64,000 nt of DNA from a virus, in IMG/VR virus record IMGVR_UViG_3300025133_000033. The stretch is one strand, 5' to 3'. Every line of letters begins with the position of its first letter. Within the stretch, counting starts at the first letter, position 1. This document shows positions 1 to 9,092 of this stretch, one piece after another. The position numbers and the translations under genes were made by a program. Below the pieces are notes generated by a model, which was not told where the DNA came from, searched no databases, and saw only the letters and a list, made by a program, of their open reading frames with translations.

Positions 1-49
1 GCAAAACAAAACAATAGGAGCAGTGCCGCCATTGAGCCAGCCTCCTTAA

Positions 50-418
50 TTAATGTAGAAGATCAATCCTACCTTTCTCTAGCACTTCTTTCAAAGGAGC
101 TGTCTTGCCGTTAGTATGGTTCGTGACAATTCCCTTTTTGAAATCGTATGTGCGAATCCTTGGAGTGTTTTTAATCTTATCGTCGCGTCTCGCCTTCTTC
201 TCTGCTGCCTGCTGCTCGTCTTGTTGTTCTTTTATTTTTTCCTCGATACGCTTAAGAGCTATGCGATGATTCTGCTTGCGGGTACGCTGTTCGTCTATCT
301 CCACCTTTAGTCCTGTGGGGATATGAACAATCCTACATCCTGTCTCTACCTTATTCTTATTCTGACCACCAGGGCCTTTCCCTTTGTAGTAAGAAATCTT
401 TAGGTCTTTCTTATTCAT
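50..418 (-). CDS. Stand-alone class I release factor GGQ domain (ArfB/PrfH-like peptidyl-tRNA hydrolase)
   Basis: GPGGQNKNKVETGCRIVHIPTG and C-terminal RIRTYDF; only 122 aa, so no codon-recognition domain. Confidence 0.85.
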   Translation of the reverse strand: MNKKDLKISYYKGKGPGGQNKNKVETGCRIVHIPTGLKVEIDEQRTRKQNHRIALKRIEEKIKEQQDEQQAAEKKARRDDKIKNTPRIRTYDFKKGIVTNHTNGKTAPLKEVLEKGRIDLLH

Positions 419-685
419 CTCTTCTTCCTTTTGTTAAGTAAGTCGTACTCCTGTGAGTCGAACACAGTACGTCTTCCTTATCAGGGAAAACCGCATAACC
501 GATGCAGCGAGTACGGTGTGCAGGCTCACGAGTTCCTGCGTGCCCCTTGAACTGAACCTTGGCTGGCCAATTTAACTCTGTAAAGAGGACCAAGGTAGGG
601 TAATGTTCCGACCTACATTCAAAGGCCGTATTGGTTGCGGACGACTACCCCCATGAAGAGTAGCCACTGATCAGGTTATCCGCAG

Positions 686-757
686 TGGACAGTACGGGAC
701 TCGAACCCGTAAAACCAGCTTGCAAGGCTAGGATGATCCCAATTTCATCAACCGCCC
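686..757 (-). tRNA. tRNA-Ala(TGC)
   Basis: Cloverleaf; anticodon arm CTAGC-CTTGCAA-GCTGG; G3:U70; T-loop TTCGAGT. Confidence 0.9.
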
Positions 758-768
758 ATGATTGACAG

Positions 769-841
769 TGGGGCCGGTGGGAATCGAGCCCACATTGCCT
801 TGATTAAAAGTCAAGTACATTACCTTATCTGTCACAGCCCC
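769..841 (-). tRNA. tRNA-Lys(TTT)
   Basis: CTTGA-CTTTTAA-TCAAG; acceptor GGGGCTG/CGGCCCC; 5' end overlaps the stop of ORF 832..1056. Confidence 0.85.
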
Positions 842-1056
842 GTAATAAATGCCTGAATCCTACCGCTTAGGTCTGGCATTCCATCGTTTGCAGCCTCGTC
901 TCTGAGTTCGACGAGCAAGTCCTTTAGTTCAGATAGCTCGTTGCGTCCTAGCTGAGCTAGATGACAATTCTGCGGATCATCACCATTAAAACCACCTCTT
1001 ATAATTGCTTCAAGTACCCAGATAGCATGTTCCATTAATAAACCTCGTGATGACAT
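832..1056 (-). CDS. hypothetical protein
   Basis: ORF in co-oriented gene run. Confidence 0.5.
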   Translation of the reverse strand: MSSRGLLMEHAIWVLEAIIRGGFNGDDPQNCHLAQLGRNELSELKDLLVELRDEAANDGMPDLSGRIQAFITGL

Positions 1057-1433
1057 TCATCGTCTTCTTTATTATACACTTTACAGTAGTATTCTTCGTC
1101 GATTATTTGATGCTCAGACCATGCCCCGTCTTCACAAATCTCATAACCGCACTTGGCACAGTTAATTCTTATGTAGTCGAGCGGATTAGAACCAGAAATA
1201 TCTGTTGTCCCCATCAGCCCTACTAGCCATTCTATCTTCTTTTGATCATCAGATAAAACTTCTAGGTCGTCCCAATCAAGCTCGCCACGGATCTCGGGGT
1301 GCTTGCCTAAAGCCTCTCCAAAATAAACTATTTCTCCTACGGCCCGCTCTACATCCTCTTCTTCGGCAACAAACAACCCATGTATATCACCGTGTCTTCC
1401 GCAGTCCCAATGAAACTTGTACAGTTTCTTCAT
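1035..1433 (-). CDS. hypothetical phage protein (C-terminal CxxC)
   Basis: 132-aa ORF with AAGGA RBS. Confidence 0.65.
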   Translation of the reverse strand: MKKLYKFHWDCGRHGDIHGLFVAEEEDVERAVGEIVYFGEALGKHPEIRGELDWDDLEVLSDDQKKIEWLVGLMGTTDISGSNPLDYIRINCAKCGYEICEDGAWSEHQIIDEEYYCKVYNKEDDECHHEVY

Positions 1434-1467
1434 GCTTAAGATCCTTTCATAATAATGCCCTTTAAAG

Positions 1468-1552
1468 CGGAAGGTGAGGGACTCGAACCCATCAACCCGT
1501 CTTAGGGGCGGCTGTTTTCAAAACAGTCTGCTTTCCAATTCGCATACCTTCC
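1468..1552 (-). tRNA. tRNA-Ser(TGA)
   Basis: Loop TTTGAAA, long variable arm, G discriminator. Confidence 0.85.
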
Positions 1553-1884
1553 ATTTTTAAAGGTAGAACTTAACAACAATCACAACCATCGTAGCAAGGA
1601 CAGCAAGGACTACTGAAGAATATATAGCCCAGTTTGCCGTAGCTATCTGATGATCTATCTTAGCCATACGCTCCTTAATCAATCTCTCTTGTTCCAGTAT
1701 TTCTTTTTGCCAATCAGTCATTACCGACCCTCTCTATAAGTGTTAGTGCCACTACAACTCTTGCAAAGAAAAAACGTTCTAAACTCTGAAGTAGGTGAAA
1801 CATCCATCATATTAAAGGAACGACAGTCGTTACAGACTGGAAAAAACTTATTCAGTATCCAGTGAATCATATTCTCTCCTTGTA

Positions 1885-1942
1885 TGGTGGACTGATCGGG
1901 GAATCGAACCCCGCAGCAACTAGTATAGATCCAACCCAGCCC
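1885..1942 (-). ncRNA. 58-nt tRNA-like RNA (acceptor with G3:U70, T arm, encoded CCA; no anticodon arm)
   Basis: GGGCTGG...CGGGG-TTCGATT-CCCCG-A-TCAGTCC-A-CCA. Confidence 0.6.
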
Positions 1943-1947
1943 ATAAG

Positions 1948-2022
1948 AGGTTCCGATGGGACTCGAACCCACATATTCTTGATTACAAATCAAGACCGAT
2001 TGCCATTTCCGGTCACGGAACC
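1948..2022 (-). tRNA. tRNA-Thr(TGT)
   Basis: CTTGA-TTTGTAA-TCAAG; acceptor GGTTCCG/CGGAACC. Confidence 0.88.
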
Positions 2023-2199
2023 ATACGGCGGTTTTAATTATCCTGGTATTGAGATAGTTACTTTTTTTGATCTAGGATGATCCCATCTGTCTTTGATCTT
2101 TTTTAGCCTGCCGTTAGGCATCTCTTGAAAAACGATATGACTTGACCATAGCAGCACTTCTTCTTGAGGCTCTAAGGAGTCTTCTTTTTCTAAAAGCAA

Positions 2200-2255
2200 A
2201 ACCTACCACAACGTGATTAACAGTCACGCTCCCCGACCTACGGCGATTCTCTGGA
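2200..2255 (-). pseudogene. tRNA-Asn(GTT) 5' fragment truncated in the T loop
   Basis: TCCAGAG...CGTGA-CTGTTAA-TCACG...GTAGGTT then similarity ends; no 3' acceptor strand seen nearby. Confidence 0.6.
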
Positions 2256-2325
2256 ATAAGGCGGGCTACAGACAGTCTTACGCGATTTAACGCACTGTAG
2301 CTGGATTTTCAGCAACCCGCACAAG

Positions 2326-2411
2326 TGGGCCATTCGGGATTCGAACCCTCTTTCACCTAGCACTGCCGCATGTTACCGGAACAATGTGATCTAGGCTAAC
2401 GCCAGTGACCC
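2326..2411 (-). ncRNA. tRNA-like RNA with expanded anticodon region
   Basis: Acceptor GGGTCA/TGGCCC, GGGTTCGAATCCC T loop, CCTAG/CTAGG stem enclosing ~30 nt. Confidence 0.45.
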
Positions 2412-2470
2412 AAAAAAAATGAGGTGCTTTCACACCCCATTATAACATCTATTAGAGGTGAGTCAATCCT

Positions 2471-2872
2471 TTAAAACGGAATTTCTTCGTCCGCTGGAAC
2501 GTTCGTATTTGCAGCAGGGGCGGAACCACTACTGGTTTTTGGGGAGGTCGAACGAGGGGCCAAGTGGATTCGATCTGCGACCACACGCAGCTTCGAACGC
2601 TTATTCCCATCGGTCTCCCAAGTGTCTAGCTTGAGCCTACCTTCTACCATAATGTATTGCCCCTTCTTTAAATACTCTGCAATTGCTTCTCCCTGCTTCC
2701 CCCAGACGGTAACGTCTACAAAGCAGGCTTCCTCTTGTTTCTCACCATCCTTCGACCAGACACGATTACTGCATACCGAAACATCGGTAACAGCCGTACC
2801 TGCGGGGGTAAATCGTAGTTCAGCGTCTCGCGTTAATCTACCTGAACCCATCCATTTGTTAAGATCACTCAT
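2471..2872 (-). CDS. ssb: single-stranded DNA-binding protein
   Basis: GRLTRDAELRFTPAG, VEGRLKLDTWE, acidic tail DEEIPF. Confidence 0.95.
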   Translation of the reverse strand: MSDLNKWMGSGRLTRDAELRFTPAGTAVTDVSVCSNRVWSKDGEKQEEACFVDVTVWGKQGEAIAEYLKKGQYIMVEGRLKLDTWETDGNKRSKLRVVADRIHLAPRSTSPKTSSGSAPAANTNVPADEEIPF

Positions 2873-2903
2873 TCTTTATCTCTCCTAGTACACCAACAAA
2901 AAA

Positions 2904-3137
2904 TTAAAGGGTCGAAAGGCCACGGTACTTCAAGGCTTTCCGAGCTAAACGACGACCATAAGTAGTGCCATTTTCACGCACTAGGTGCCTGAATTCACCA
3001 GCAAAGGTCGTATGTGCGAGTTGGCTAGATGCCTCTCGGGTTGTTAATTGGCCAGAACTCCAACGTCCAATGACCTTTTTTGCGTCATTGTCAGTCTCTA
3101 AAAGTAGTCGCCAGTCCACAGAATTCACTGTTTTCAT
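2904..3137 (-). CDS. hypothetical protein
   Basis: ORF with GAGG RBS. Confidence 0.6.
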   Translation of the reverse strand: MKTVNSVDWRLLLETDNDAKKVIGRWSSGQLTTREASSQLAHTTFAGEFRHLVRENGTTYGRRLARKALKYRGLSTL

Positions 3138-3199
3138 GTCCTAAAATCCTCTCTTTTTAAAAAGTGTTATGTCTTCACCCTATATTATACTCTGGAATC

Positions 3200-3481
3200 T
3201 CATTTTTTCTTGATCATCTCAAAAGGATTTGGTAATTTTATGCTTTCGGTCCTATCTTTAGGGTCAACGTGATGTTCGCTCAGCGGTCTCTCATCTTTAC
3301 TATCAGAGAAGGTAGGGATCTCCGTTTGATTTCGGATCTCCTCAAGACACTCCTCTAGGTGTACTTCTAGATCCGCCAAACGCTTCCGGTGCTCGTCAGC
3401 AGTAAGCTTATGTCTATCTATCTCCAGACGTACACTAGCGATATATGCTTGAGCCATTTGTGTTACATTAGGTGCAACCAT
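3200..3481 (-). CDS. hypothetical coiled-coil protein
   Basis: ORF with GGAG RBS. Confidence 0.6.
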   Translation of the reverse strand: MVAPNVTQMAQAYIASVRLEIDRHKLTADEHRKRLADLEVHLEECLEEIRNQTEIPTFSDSKDERPLSEHHVDPKDRTESIKLPNPFEMIKKK

Positions 3482-3490
3482 TTTTTCTCC

Positions 3491-3832
3491 TTACTGTATA
3501 TAAGTTCGTACTTGTTTAATTTTACCCCAACTATCGAATAAAATAAGGCTTACTATAGGGGTTTCTGTTTCAATGTCTCCCTTTTTTTCTGTAAAAATAG
3601 AAGATTCAACACAAACAAGCTTGTCTCGATAACAGGTATTTTTGATTTGGATACTTATTGTATCGAACTCTTCCCAAACCCCACGATGATCCTCCATTAA
3701 ATCAGCTTTCCCAACGAAGTGGGCTTCTGGATCAATGAATTCTACTTCGCTAGAGTACATTTCCTGAAGACCTTTTTCATCTTTTGCCGCAAAAGCTGCC
3801 AAATACCTCTTAGCTGCTTCATCCCATATCAT
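3491..3832 (-). CDS. SnoaL/NTF2-like fold protein
   Basis: YLAAFAAKD...MYSSEVEFIDP...GK and C-terminal FDSWGKIKQVRTY pattern. Confidence 0.75.
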   Translation of the reverse strand: MIWDEAAKRYLAAFAAKDEKGLQEMYSSEVEFIDPEAHFVGKADLMEDHRGVWEEFDTISIQIKNTCYRDKLVCVESSIFTEKKGDIETETPIVSLILFDSWGKIKQVRTYIQ

Positions 3833-4502
3833 AACAACATCCTCCTACTGAGCCAATACCACGAGTTTCAGGGTCTATCTCTAGATCAGATAATATAGAT
3901 CGTAGGGGCTTCCCGTTAAAATCCAAATAAGTATCACTCCATAACGAACCAGTAATAATATCAGAGACCGCATTATAAATCCCGCATCTCCAATAGGTTA
4001 TCTTCATGCTTGGCTGGTCTGATGCCCGATGAAAGAAGGCTCCGTCTATTTTTCCTACTTCTAATGATTCCCAATACAACATATTCTTGTCACGACTAGA
4101 GTTAATCCACTCATGAAATTCAGAGGTCTTCCAAATATGAGGAGTTAAGAAAAAACTTCCTCCTGCATCAGGACACAGGTTATCTGACCCCTCTATCTTT
4201 GTAAAGGAAGATCGACCTATCTTACGTAGTCGAACGTAAGATAAGTTTCTACTAATCATCTCTCCAGCTACTACCTCAAGAGCCTTAAAGTTAGGGGCTT
4301 CTAGCAATACTGTCCAGGGAGGATTAAAAATAAGGCACTCTCCTAGATCCACGTCCTGTAGTGCTTGAAGAGTCTCTTTGTGGCTCTTGTTTATATCTGG
4401 GGCTAAGAACACCAAGTCTTTCTCATCAATAAATTTAAGAGCCTGAGACTTGATCACATCTTGTATGTCTTGGTCTACGGGAATAATAAATACGTGTTTC
4501 AT
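3819..4502 (-). CDS. hypothetical protein, possibly degenerate glycosyltransferase-like
   Basis: YVRL and PHIWK motifs; overlaps neighbours in the glycan cluster. Confidence 0.5.
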   Translation of the reverse strand: MKHVFIIPVDQDIQDVIKSQALKFIDEKDLVFLAPDINKSHKETLQALQDVDLGECLIFNPPWTVLLEAPNFKALEVVAGEMISRNLSYVRLRKIGRSSFTKIEGSDNLCPDAGGSFFLTPHIWKTSEFHEWINSSRDKNMLYWESLEVGKIDGAFFHRASDQPSMKITYWRCGIYNAVSDIITGSLWSDTYLDFNGKPLRSILSDLEIDPETRGIGSVGGCCYDMG

Positions 4503-5302
4503 TTTTTAATTCCTAATATATGATTAAGGGCTGGTCTGCCATGATAACCAAAGCTTAGTCTTTGGTCAATGCATTCACCTATTGGTAGGTGCTGCATCAT
4601 AAAGCCTTCCTTGCGTGCTGTATATCTAGTAGCCTCTTCACTAACAGCTTCCAAAGAAAATCTAGAAGCCACGTCTACAGGAGCAAAATTAATTCCTCTT
4701 ATATCAAAGTATGATCTTGCTCCGACACAGAAAAAGAAATCATCAAACTTCGGAGCAGTAGTAAAATGGTTAAAGTGTACAGGACAAACATGCAAAGGGT
4801 AAGTTGATTTAGAGCTGACCTCTAAGAACTTTCTACTCCTTAAGCAGAACCCGCTATTGCCAACTAGATATCTATTGGGTACTGTTTCTAAGTCTATTTC
4901 ATCGTCGCCCACGTTATAGTAATTATCTAAGTGAGCTTTTAAATTTACCGGGCTCCACGGAGCACCTATGTAATCATACTCTAGGAATTCCTCTTTCCAG
5001 TTTTCTGGATACAGAGGAAAACCATCCAACTGACAGGATACGACAAAATCCTCGGTGAACATATCATATAACTTAAAGACAGAAAGAAGCTGGTACTCCT
5101 CATAAGACAACTGGGGCATAGGCATATAAGCTATACCTTTAACGCGATAGTCTCTATCAATTTTAGTATGGGTGGCAAAATAAATCTTATCGAAGCAGCT
5201 AAAATCTTGCAGATGCTCCCCAAGAAACCCACAGAAGCTATTAAAGTTCTCTAACGCAAGATCTTCATGAACAGCACAGTCAATTAAAACGCACGATATC
5301 AT
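4499..5302 (-). CDS. DUF5672-family putative glycosyltransferase
   Basis: QLDGF...FLEYDYIGAPW...VGNSGFCLRSRK...SFGYHG. Confidence 0.8.
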   Translation of the reverse strand: MISCVLIDCAVHEDLALENFNSFCGFLGEHLQDFSCFDKIYFATHTKIDRDYRVKGIAYMPMPQLSYEEYQLLSVFKLYDMFTEDFVVSCQLDGFPLYPENWKEEFLEYDYIGAPWSPVNLKAHLDNYYNVGDDEIDLETVPNRYLVGNSGFCLRSRKFLEVSSKSTYPLHVCPVHFNHFTTAPKFDDFFFCVGARSYFDIRGINFAPVDVASRFSLEAVSEEATRYTARKEGFMMQHLPIGECIDQRLSFGYHGRPALNHILGIKK

Positions 5303-6021
5303 GAGAATCTCTTTGTGTAAGTGGCAGTATCTAAGTCTTTGTTAGGAGTCTCTTGAAGAATCGAAACACCGTAAGGTTTTCTAATGAGCTTAATATTCTG
5401 AGCTACTAGATGCCATAGTAAAATATTTTCAACTTGAAGATAACAGCCTTGCTCAAGATAGCTATATAGATTATCTAATATTCCACAATGATACTTCTTC
5501 ATCTGTAGTTCAGATCCTACAGCAAAAACATCGCATAGACCACCCTTCCAGTTTCCAAATTGAGGAATAAGAATTCCACGTCCATATTCTCCTACTGGAG
5601 GCAAGGCATGATCTAGCTGATGAGATAGTAATATCCTATCTCTATACCTAACCACATAGTCATAGTTGTATAATGAATGTTTCTCGAATGTTTTATATAC
5701 ACGGTCTAGCTTATAGAGCGTTGAAACCGTACTGATAGGATTTGACTCTGGCCACTTATCATAGTGTGTCTTTTGAAGATCTAGCATAGCCTCTTGTGAT
5801 TTGGCGGTGACTTTCTCTAGGCTCTCTACATCTATATGAACAGGCTGATAAAGTTCAGTAAATTCTTCCACATCTTCGGACTCATAGGTGCTAACATATA
5901 GATCTACCTCAAGATCGTTGTCTCCATGCCTACAAGATTGCAGGATAGCCCCCCTATAATTTGACCATGTGCGTCTGAAGTCACGAATGCCTCCAGCCCA
6001 CAAGACTGCTACCTTTGTCAT
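5299..6021 (-). CDS. putative glycosyltransferase-like protein
   Basis: KVAVLWAGGIRDF, YDYVVRYRD, CDVFAVG; start moved to the ATG overlapping the upstream stop. Confidence 0.55.
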   Translation of the reverse strand: MTKVAVLWAGGIRDFRRTWSNYRGAILQSCRHGDNDLEVDLYVSTYESEDVEEFTELYQPVHIDVESLEKVTAKSQEAMLDLQKTHYDKWPESNPISTVSTLYKLDRVYKTFEKHSLYNYDYVVRYRDRILLSHQLDHALPPVGEYGRGILIPQFGNWKGGLCDVFAVGSELQMKKYHCGILDNLYSYLEQGCYLQVENILLWHLVAQNIKLIRKPYGVSILQETPNKDLDTATYTKRFS

Positions 6022-6749
6022 AAGTTTGTGTTCCGTTGAAAATACTGAAGATCTTCCGGTGTACCAAGCCCCCACATCTTAGCCGCTTCAGAAGTACGTA
6101 TGATCTTCCCATCAGAGATAGCCTCATTAAATACGGGACATACATAGAACTCTCCGTTCACCGTAAGATTCTTCTCTATCATTTGTTGAGCATATTTAAT
6201 ATAATCCCATGCTCTTTTCCAGTAGTAGATACCTGCTGTAGCATTGGTACTGATAGGTCTTTTCTCTGCTACCTCAACCACCCTTCCCTTGCTATCCAGT
6301 CTGGCATAGCTCCATTTAGGATGAACTGATTGAAAAGTTAGCATTCCCCCATCAGCATTCTCTTCCTCCATCTCTTCAATAAAGTAGGCTAAGCCTCTCC
6401 ATTCTACAAGCTGATCAGTATTAGCAATAACAAGAGGTTGCTTCTCTACTAGATGTGGCTTTGCGAGCAGAGTAGTACATGCTGCTCCAGCAGTGAGACC
6501 ATTAACTAATACTACCTGCATTGTAGTGTTGATAGGGATAATACGCTTTAGCATTTCTTTTATATGATATTTTTTTTCATGCTCTGCCCGAACAAGAAAG
6601 ATGTAGTTCGCATAGGGATAAGTGAGATTGTTTACCACTGCCTGGATCATAGGCACTCCATGACCGACCTCGATTAAAGGTTTGGGGAATGTGTATCCCG
6701 CAGATTTAAAACGGCTTCCCTCACCAGCCATAGGGATCACAATATTCAT
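6018..6749 (-). CDS. sugar nucleotidyltransferase (dTDP-glucose pyrophosphorylase-like)
   Basis: IPMAGEGSRF...PKPLI, VAEKRPIS, GLGTPEDL. Confidence 0.9.
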   Translation of the reverse strand: MNIVIPMAGEGSRFKSAGYTFPKPLIEVGHGVPMIQAVVNNLTYPYANYIFLVRAEHEKKYHIKEMLKRIIPINTTMQVVLVNGLTAGAACTTLLAKPHLVEKQPLVIANTDQLVEWRGLAYFIEEMEEENADGGMLTFQSVHPKWSYARLDSKGRVVEVAEKRPISTNATAGIYYWKRAWDYIKYAQQMIEKNLTVNGEFYVCPVFNEAISDGKIIRTSEAAKMWGLGTPEDLQYFQRNTNL

Positions 6750-7369
6750 TGCATTTTTCCTACTAAATCTAAAAGACCTTGGTTGATATCTTGAGGACCA
6801 TTAACACGATACATATAAGCACCGCTTCTATATCCCGCTAATATGCCTGTATTAGAATCTTCAACGACAATGCACTCATCGGGAGCTACTCCTAGTCTTA
6901 CCATTGATAAGTTATACATCAGAGGGTCAGGCTTTGTTTTAGCTATAGAATAGCTACCAATAACAGAATCAAAAAACAAGGAAATCTCTTTGCGTTTCAA
7001 TACCTCGTGGACAAACTCGTCCGATGCATTGGATGCTACGGCATACTTGAGATTATATTTATCTTTACCCTGATGAAGCAAGTCTATAAGGTTATCGTCT
7101 CGGCCCATTTCAGATATTAGATGCTGAGTATTTCTCTTCTTAGCATCATGTAGTGCAGCTACTTTCTCTTTATCATATAAGATATAGTCCTTATCACACA
7201 AGAACTCTGTGCGTCCTCTGGTAGGAATGTTTCCCATAGACTCATACAACTCTGACGAGACAACAAGGTTGTATACCTTTTTTACTGCGGCTATATATGC
7301 CTCATAGTGGAGAAGATGAGTATCGCTAATGACCCCATCCAGATCAAACAGAATAGCTTTTATTGACAT
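6746..7369 (-). CDS. HAD-family phosphatase (beta-PGM-like)
   Basis: FDLDGV, KPDP, VEDS motifs. Confidence 0.9.
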   Translation of the reverse strand: MSIKAILFDLDGVISDTHLLHYEAYIAAVKKVYNLVVSSELYESMGNIPTRGRTEFLCDKDYILYDKEKVAALHDAKKRNTQHLISEMGRDDNLIDLLHQGKDKYNLKYAVASNASDEFVHEVLKRKEISLFFDSVIGSYSIAKTKPDPLMYNLSMVRLGVAPDECIVVEDSNTGILAGYRSGAYMYRVNGPQDINQGLLDLVGKMQ

Positions 7370-8493
7370 GGCTTATAGCTCCTCAATACATCTATAATGT
7401 ATTCGATGGATTCATCTGCCAGCTTTGGATAAAGGGGAACGTAGAATCCTCTTGATGCCAACTCTTCTGAATGAGGATAGGTCCATGCTCCTACGAACTC
7501 TTTTAGAAAGACTTGTTCGCTCATTGGCTGGAAATATGTGCGAGAATCAATGCCATGACTAGCAATATGCTGCCTAATATTATCACGCTCCTCTAAGCTG
7601 TCTGCCAGTAGAGGCATGACCCAATAAGCAGAGTGCTCTGTGGTGACGGGGATAGTTAGATGCGGAACATCTCCCAGTCCTTCCTCATACTTTATTCTAA
7701 TCTCAGCACGCCTCTTCATAAAATCAGGAGCCCTCTTTAGTTGCTCTAGACCAATTGCTGCCTGCATATCAGTCATTCTATAGCCAAATGCTCTCTCGGT
7801 ATGACAGAAGTGTTGCCCTGGAGTAAAGGCGTGCATACGTACACGGTCTAGACGAGCCTTTGTGTCTGGACAATCAGTTGTTACCATTCCCCCTTCACCA
7901 GTTGTAATATTTTTATTAGAATAAAAAGAGAAGATAGAAACATCTCCAAATGATCCTAACGGCCTATCCTTATACTGCCCAAAATGACACTCGGCACAAT
8001 CTTCAATAACATCAATGTTATTTCTATGGCAGTAGTCCGTTATCTTTTCTATCTCTTCTACTGGCTCACCGTATGTATGGACAAGAATTACAGCCTTAGT
8101 TCTTTTTGTTATCTGCTCATAGACAGATAGAAAGTCTAGGTTTCCCACCTCACTATAAGCAGAAGAGTCTGCAAATACCGGAGTAGCACCAGTCAATAGG
8201 ACAGCATTAGCAAGAGCTATCATTGTCAAGTTTGGTATGATGACCTCATCACCAGGACCAACATCGCATACATGCAGAGCGAGATGGAGAGCGGTAGTAC
8301 CTGAGTTACAGGCAGAACCATAAGTCTTTCCTGTCTGGTTCGCAACCTTTTGCTCAAACTCCTTAACTCTTGGGCCTTGAGAAATCCAGTTGTCAGTCAC
8401 AGCATTAGCTACAGCGGCAGCTTCCTCTAAGCCTAGCCACGGTTCAGCGATCCAGATTAATTTCTTAGCCTCTAGATTTAATACGGGGTCCAT
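7360..8493 (-). CDS. DegT/DnrJ/EryC1/StrS aminotransferase (perosamine synthase-like)
   Basis: NSGTTALHLAL, IEDCAE, FSFYSNKNITTGEGGM. Confidence 0.93.
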   Translation of the reverse strand: MDPVLNLEAKKLIWIAEPWLGLEEAAAVANAVTDNWISQGPRVKEFEQKVANQTGKTYGSACNSGTTALHLALHVCDVGPGDEVIIPNLTMIALANAVLLTGATPVFADSSAYSEVGNLDFLSVYEQITKRTKAVILVHTYGEPVEEIEKITDYCHRNNIDVIEDCAECHFGQYKDRPLGSFGDVSIFSFYSNKNITTGEGGMVTTDCPDTKARLDRVRMHAFTPGQHFCHTERAFGYRMTDMQAAIGLEQLKRAPDFMKRRAEIRIKYEEGLGDVPHLTIPVTTEHSAYWVMPLLADSLEERDNIRQHIASHGIDSRTYFQPMSEQVFLKEFVGAWTYPHSEELASRGFYVPLYPKLADESIEYIIDVLRSYKPCQ

Positions 8494-9092
8494 TACGTCT
8501 CCAATTTTATGTATTGTTTGTTACCATTGTTATCATAGTAATAGCAGGATTCTTTGCCAGTAAAAGTAAAAGCTCTTATAATATGAGTTATATCCTTTGC
8601 TTCCTCTAAATCTTTACGAAAATATAGATGCCCTCCTTCGTTCGGACGAAGAGAGTAAGTTCCATAAATAATGTTATAGAAATGATCACGAAACATAACA
8701 TATAATAGCATCATGCAGCGTGTGAATAACGATTCAGCAGTGTCTCCTGGGTAGATTATAGTTTTGCGGACCTCTATGATAGCTCCGCTGTCTATACCGC
8801 AGTCCATCTCATGAACAGTGACCCCCGTTTCTTTCTCTTTATTAATCAACGCCCAACTATAAGCCCCTGAGCCACGATAGTCTGGTAGAACTCCTGGGTG
8901 GAAGTTGATACATCTTTTCTTACTGCTAATAAAGTCTTGGCTTACAAGAGAATCATATAGAATAGAGATAAAAATATCACAGTCGTCAGGATCTTCTACT
9001 AGAGAAAACTTTGGGGGTATAGCACTGCGTGCATATTCCTTGCACAAAGCCCCTATCTCTTCGTCTCGTGATGATGCTATATGAATCTTCAT
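8493..9092 (-). CDS. sugar N-formyltransferase
   Basis: INFHPGVLPDYRG, TGVTVHEMDCGIDSG. Confidence 0.9.
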   Translation of the reverse strand: MKIHIASSRDEEIGALCKEYARSAIPPKFSLVEDPDDCDIFISILYDSLVSQDFISSKKRCINFHPGVLPDYRGSGAYSWALINKEKETGVTVHEMDCGIDSGAIIEVRKTIIYPGDTAESLFTRCMMLLYVMFRDHFYNIIYGTYSLRPNEGGHLYFRKDLEEAKDITHIIRAFTFTGKESCYYYDNNGNKQYIKLET

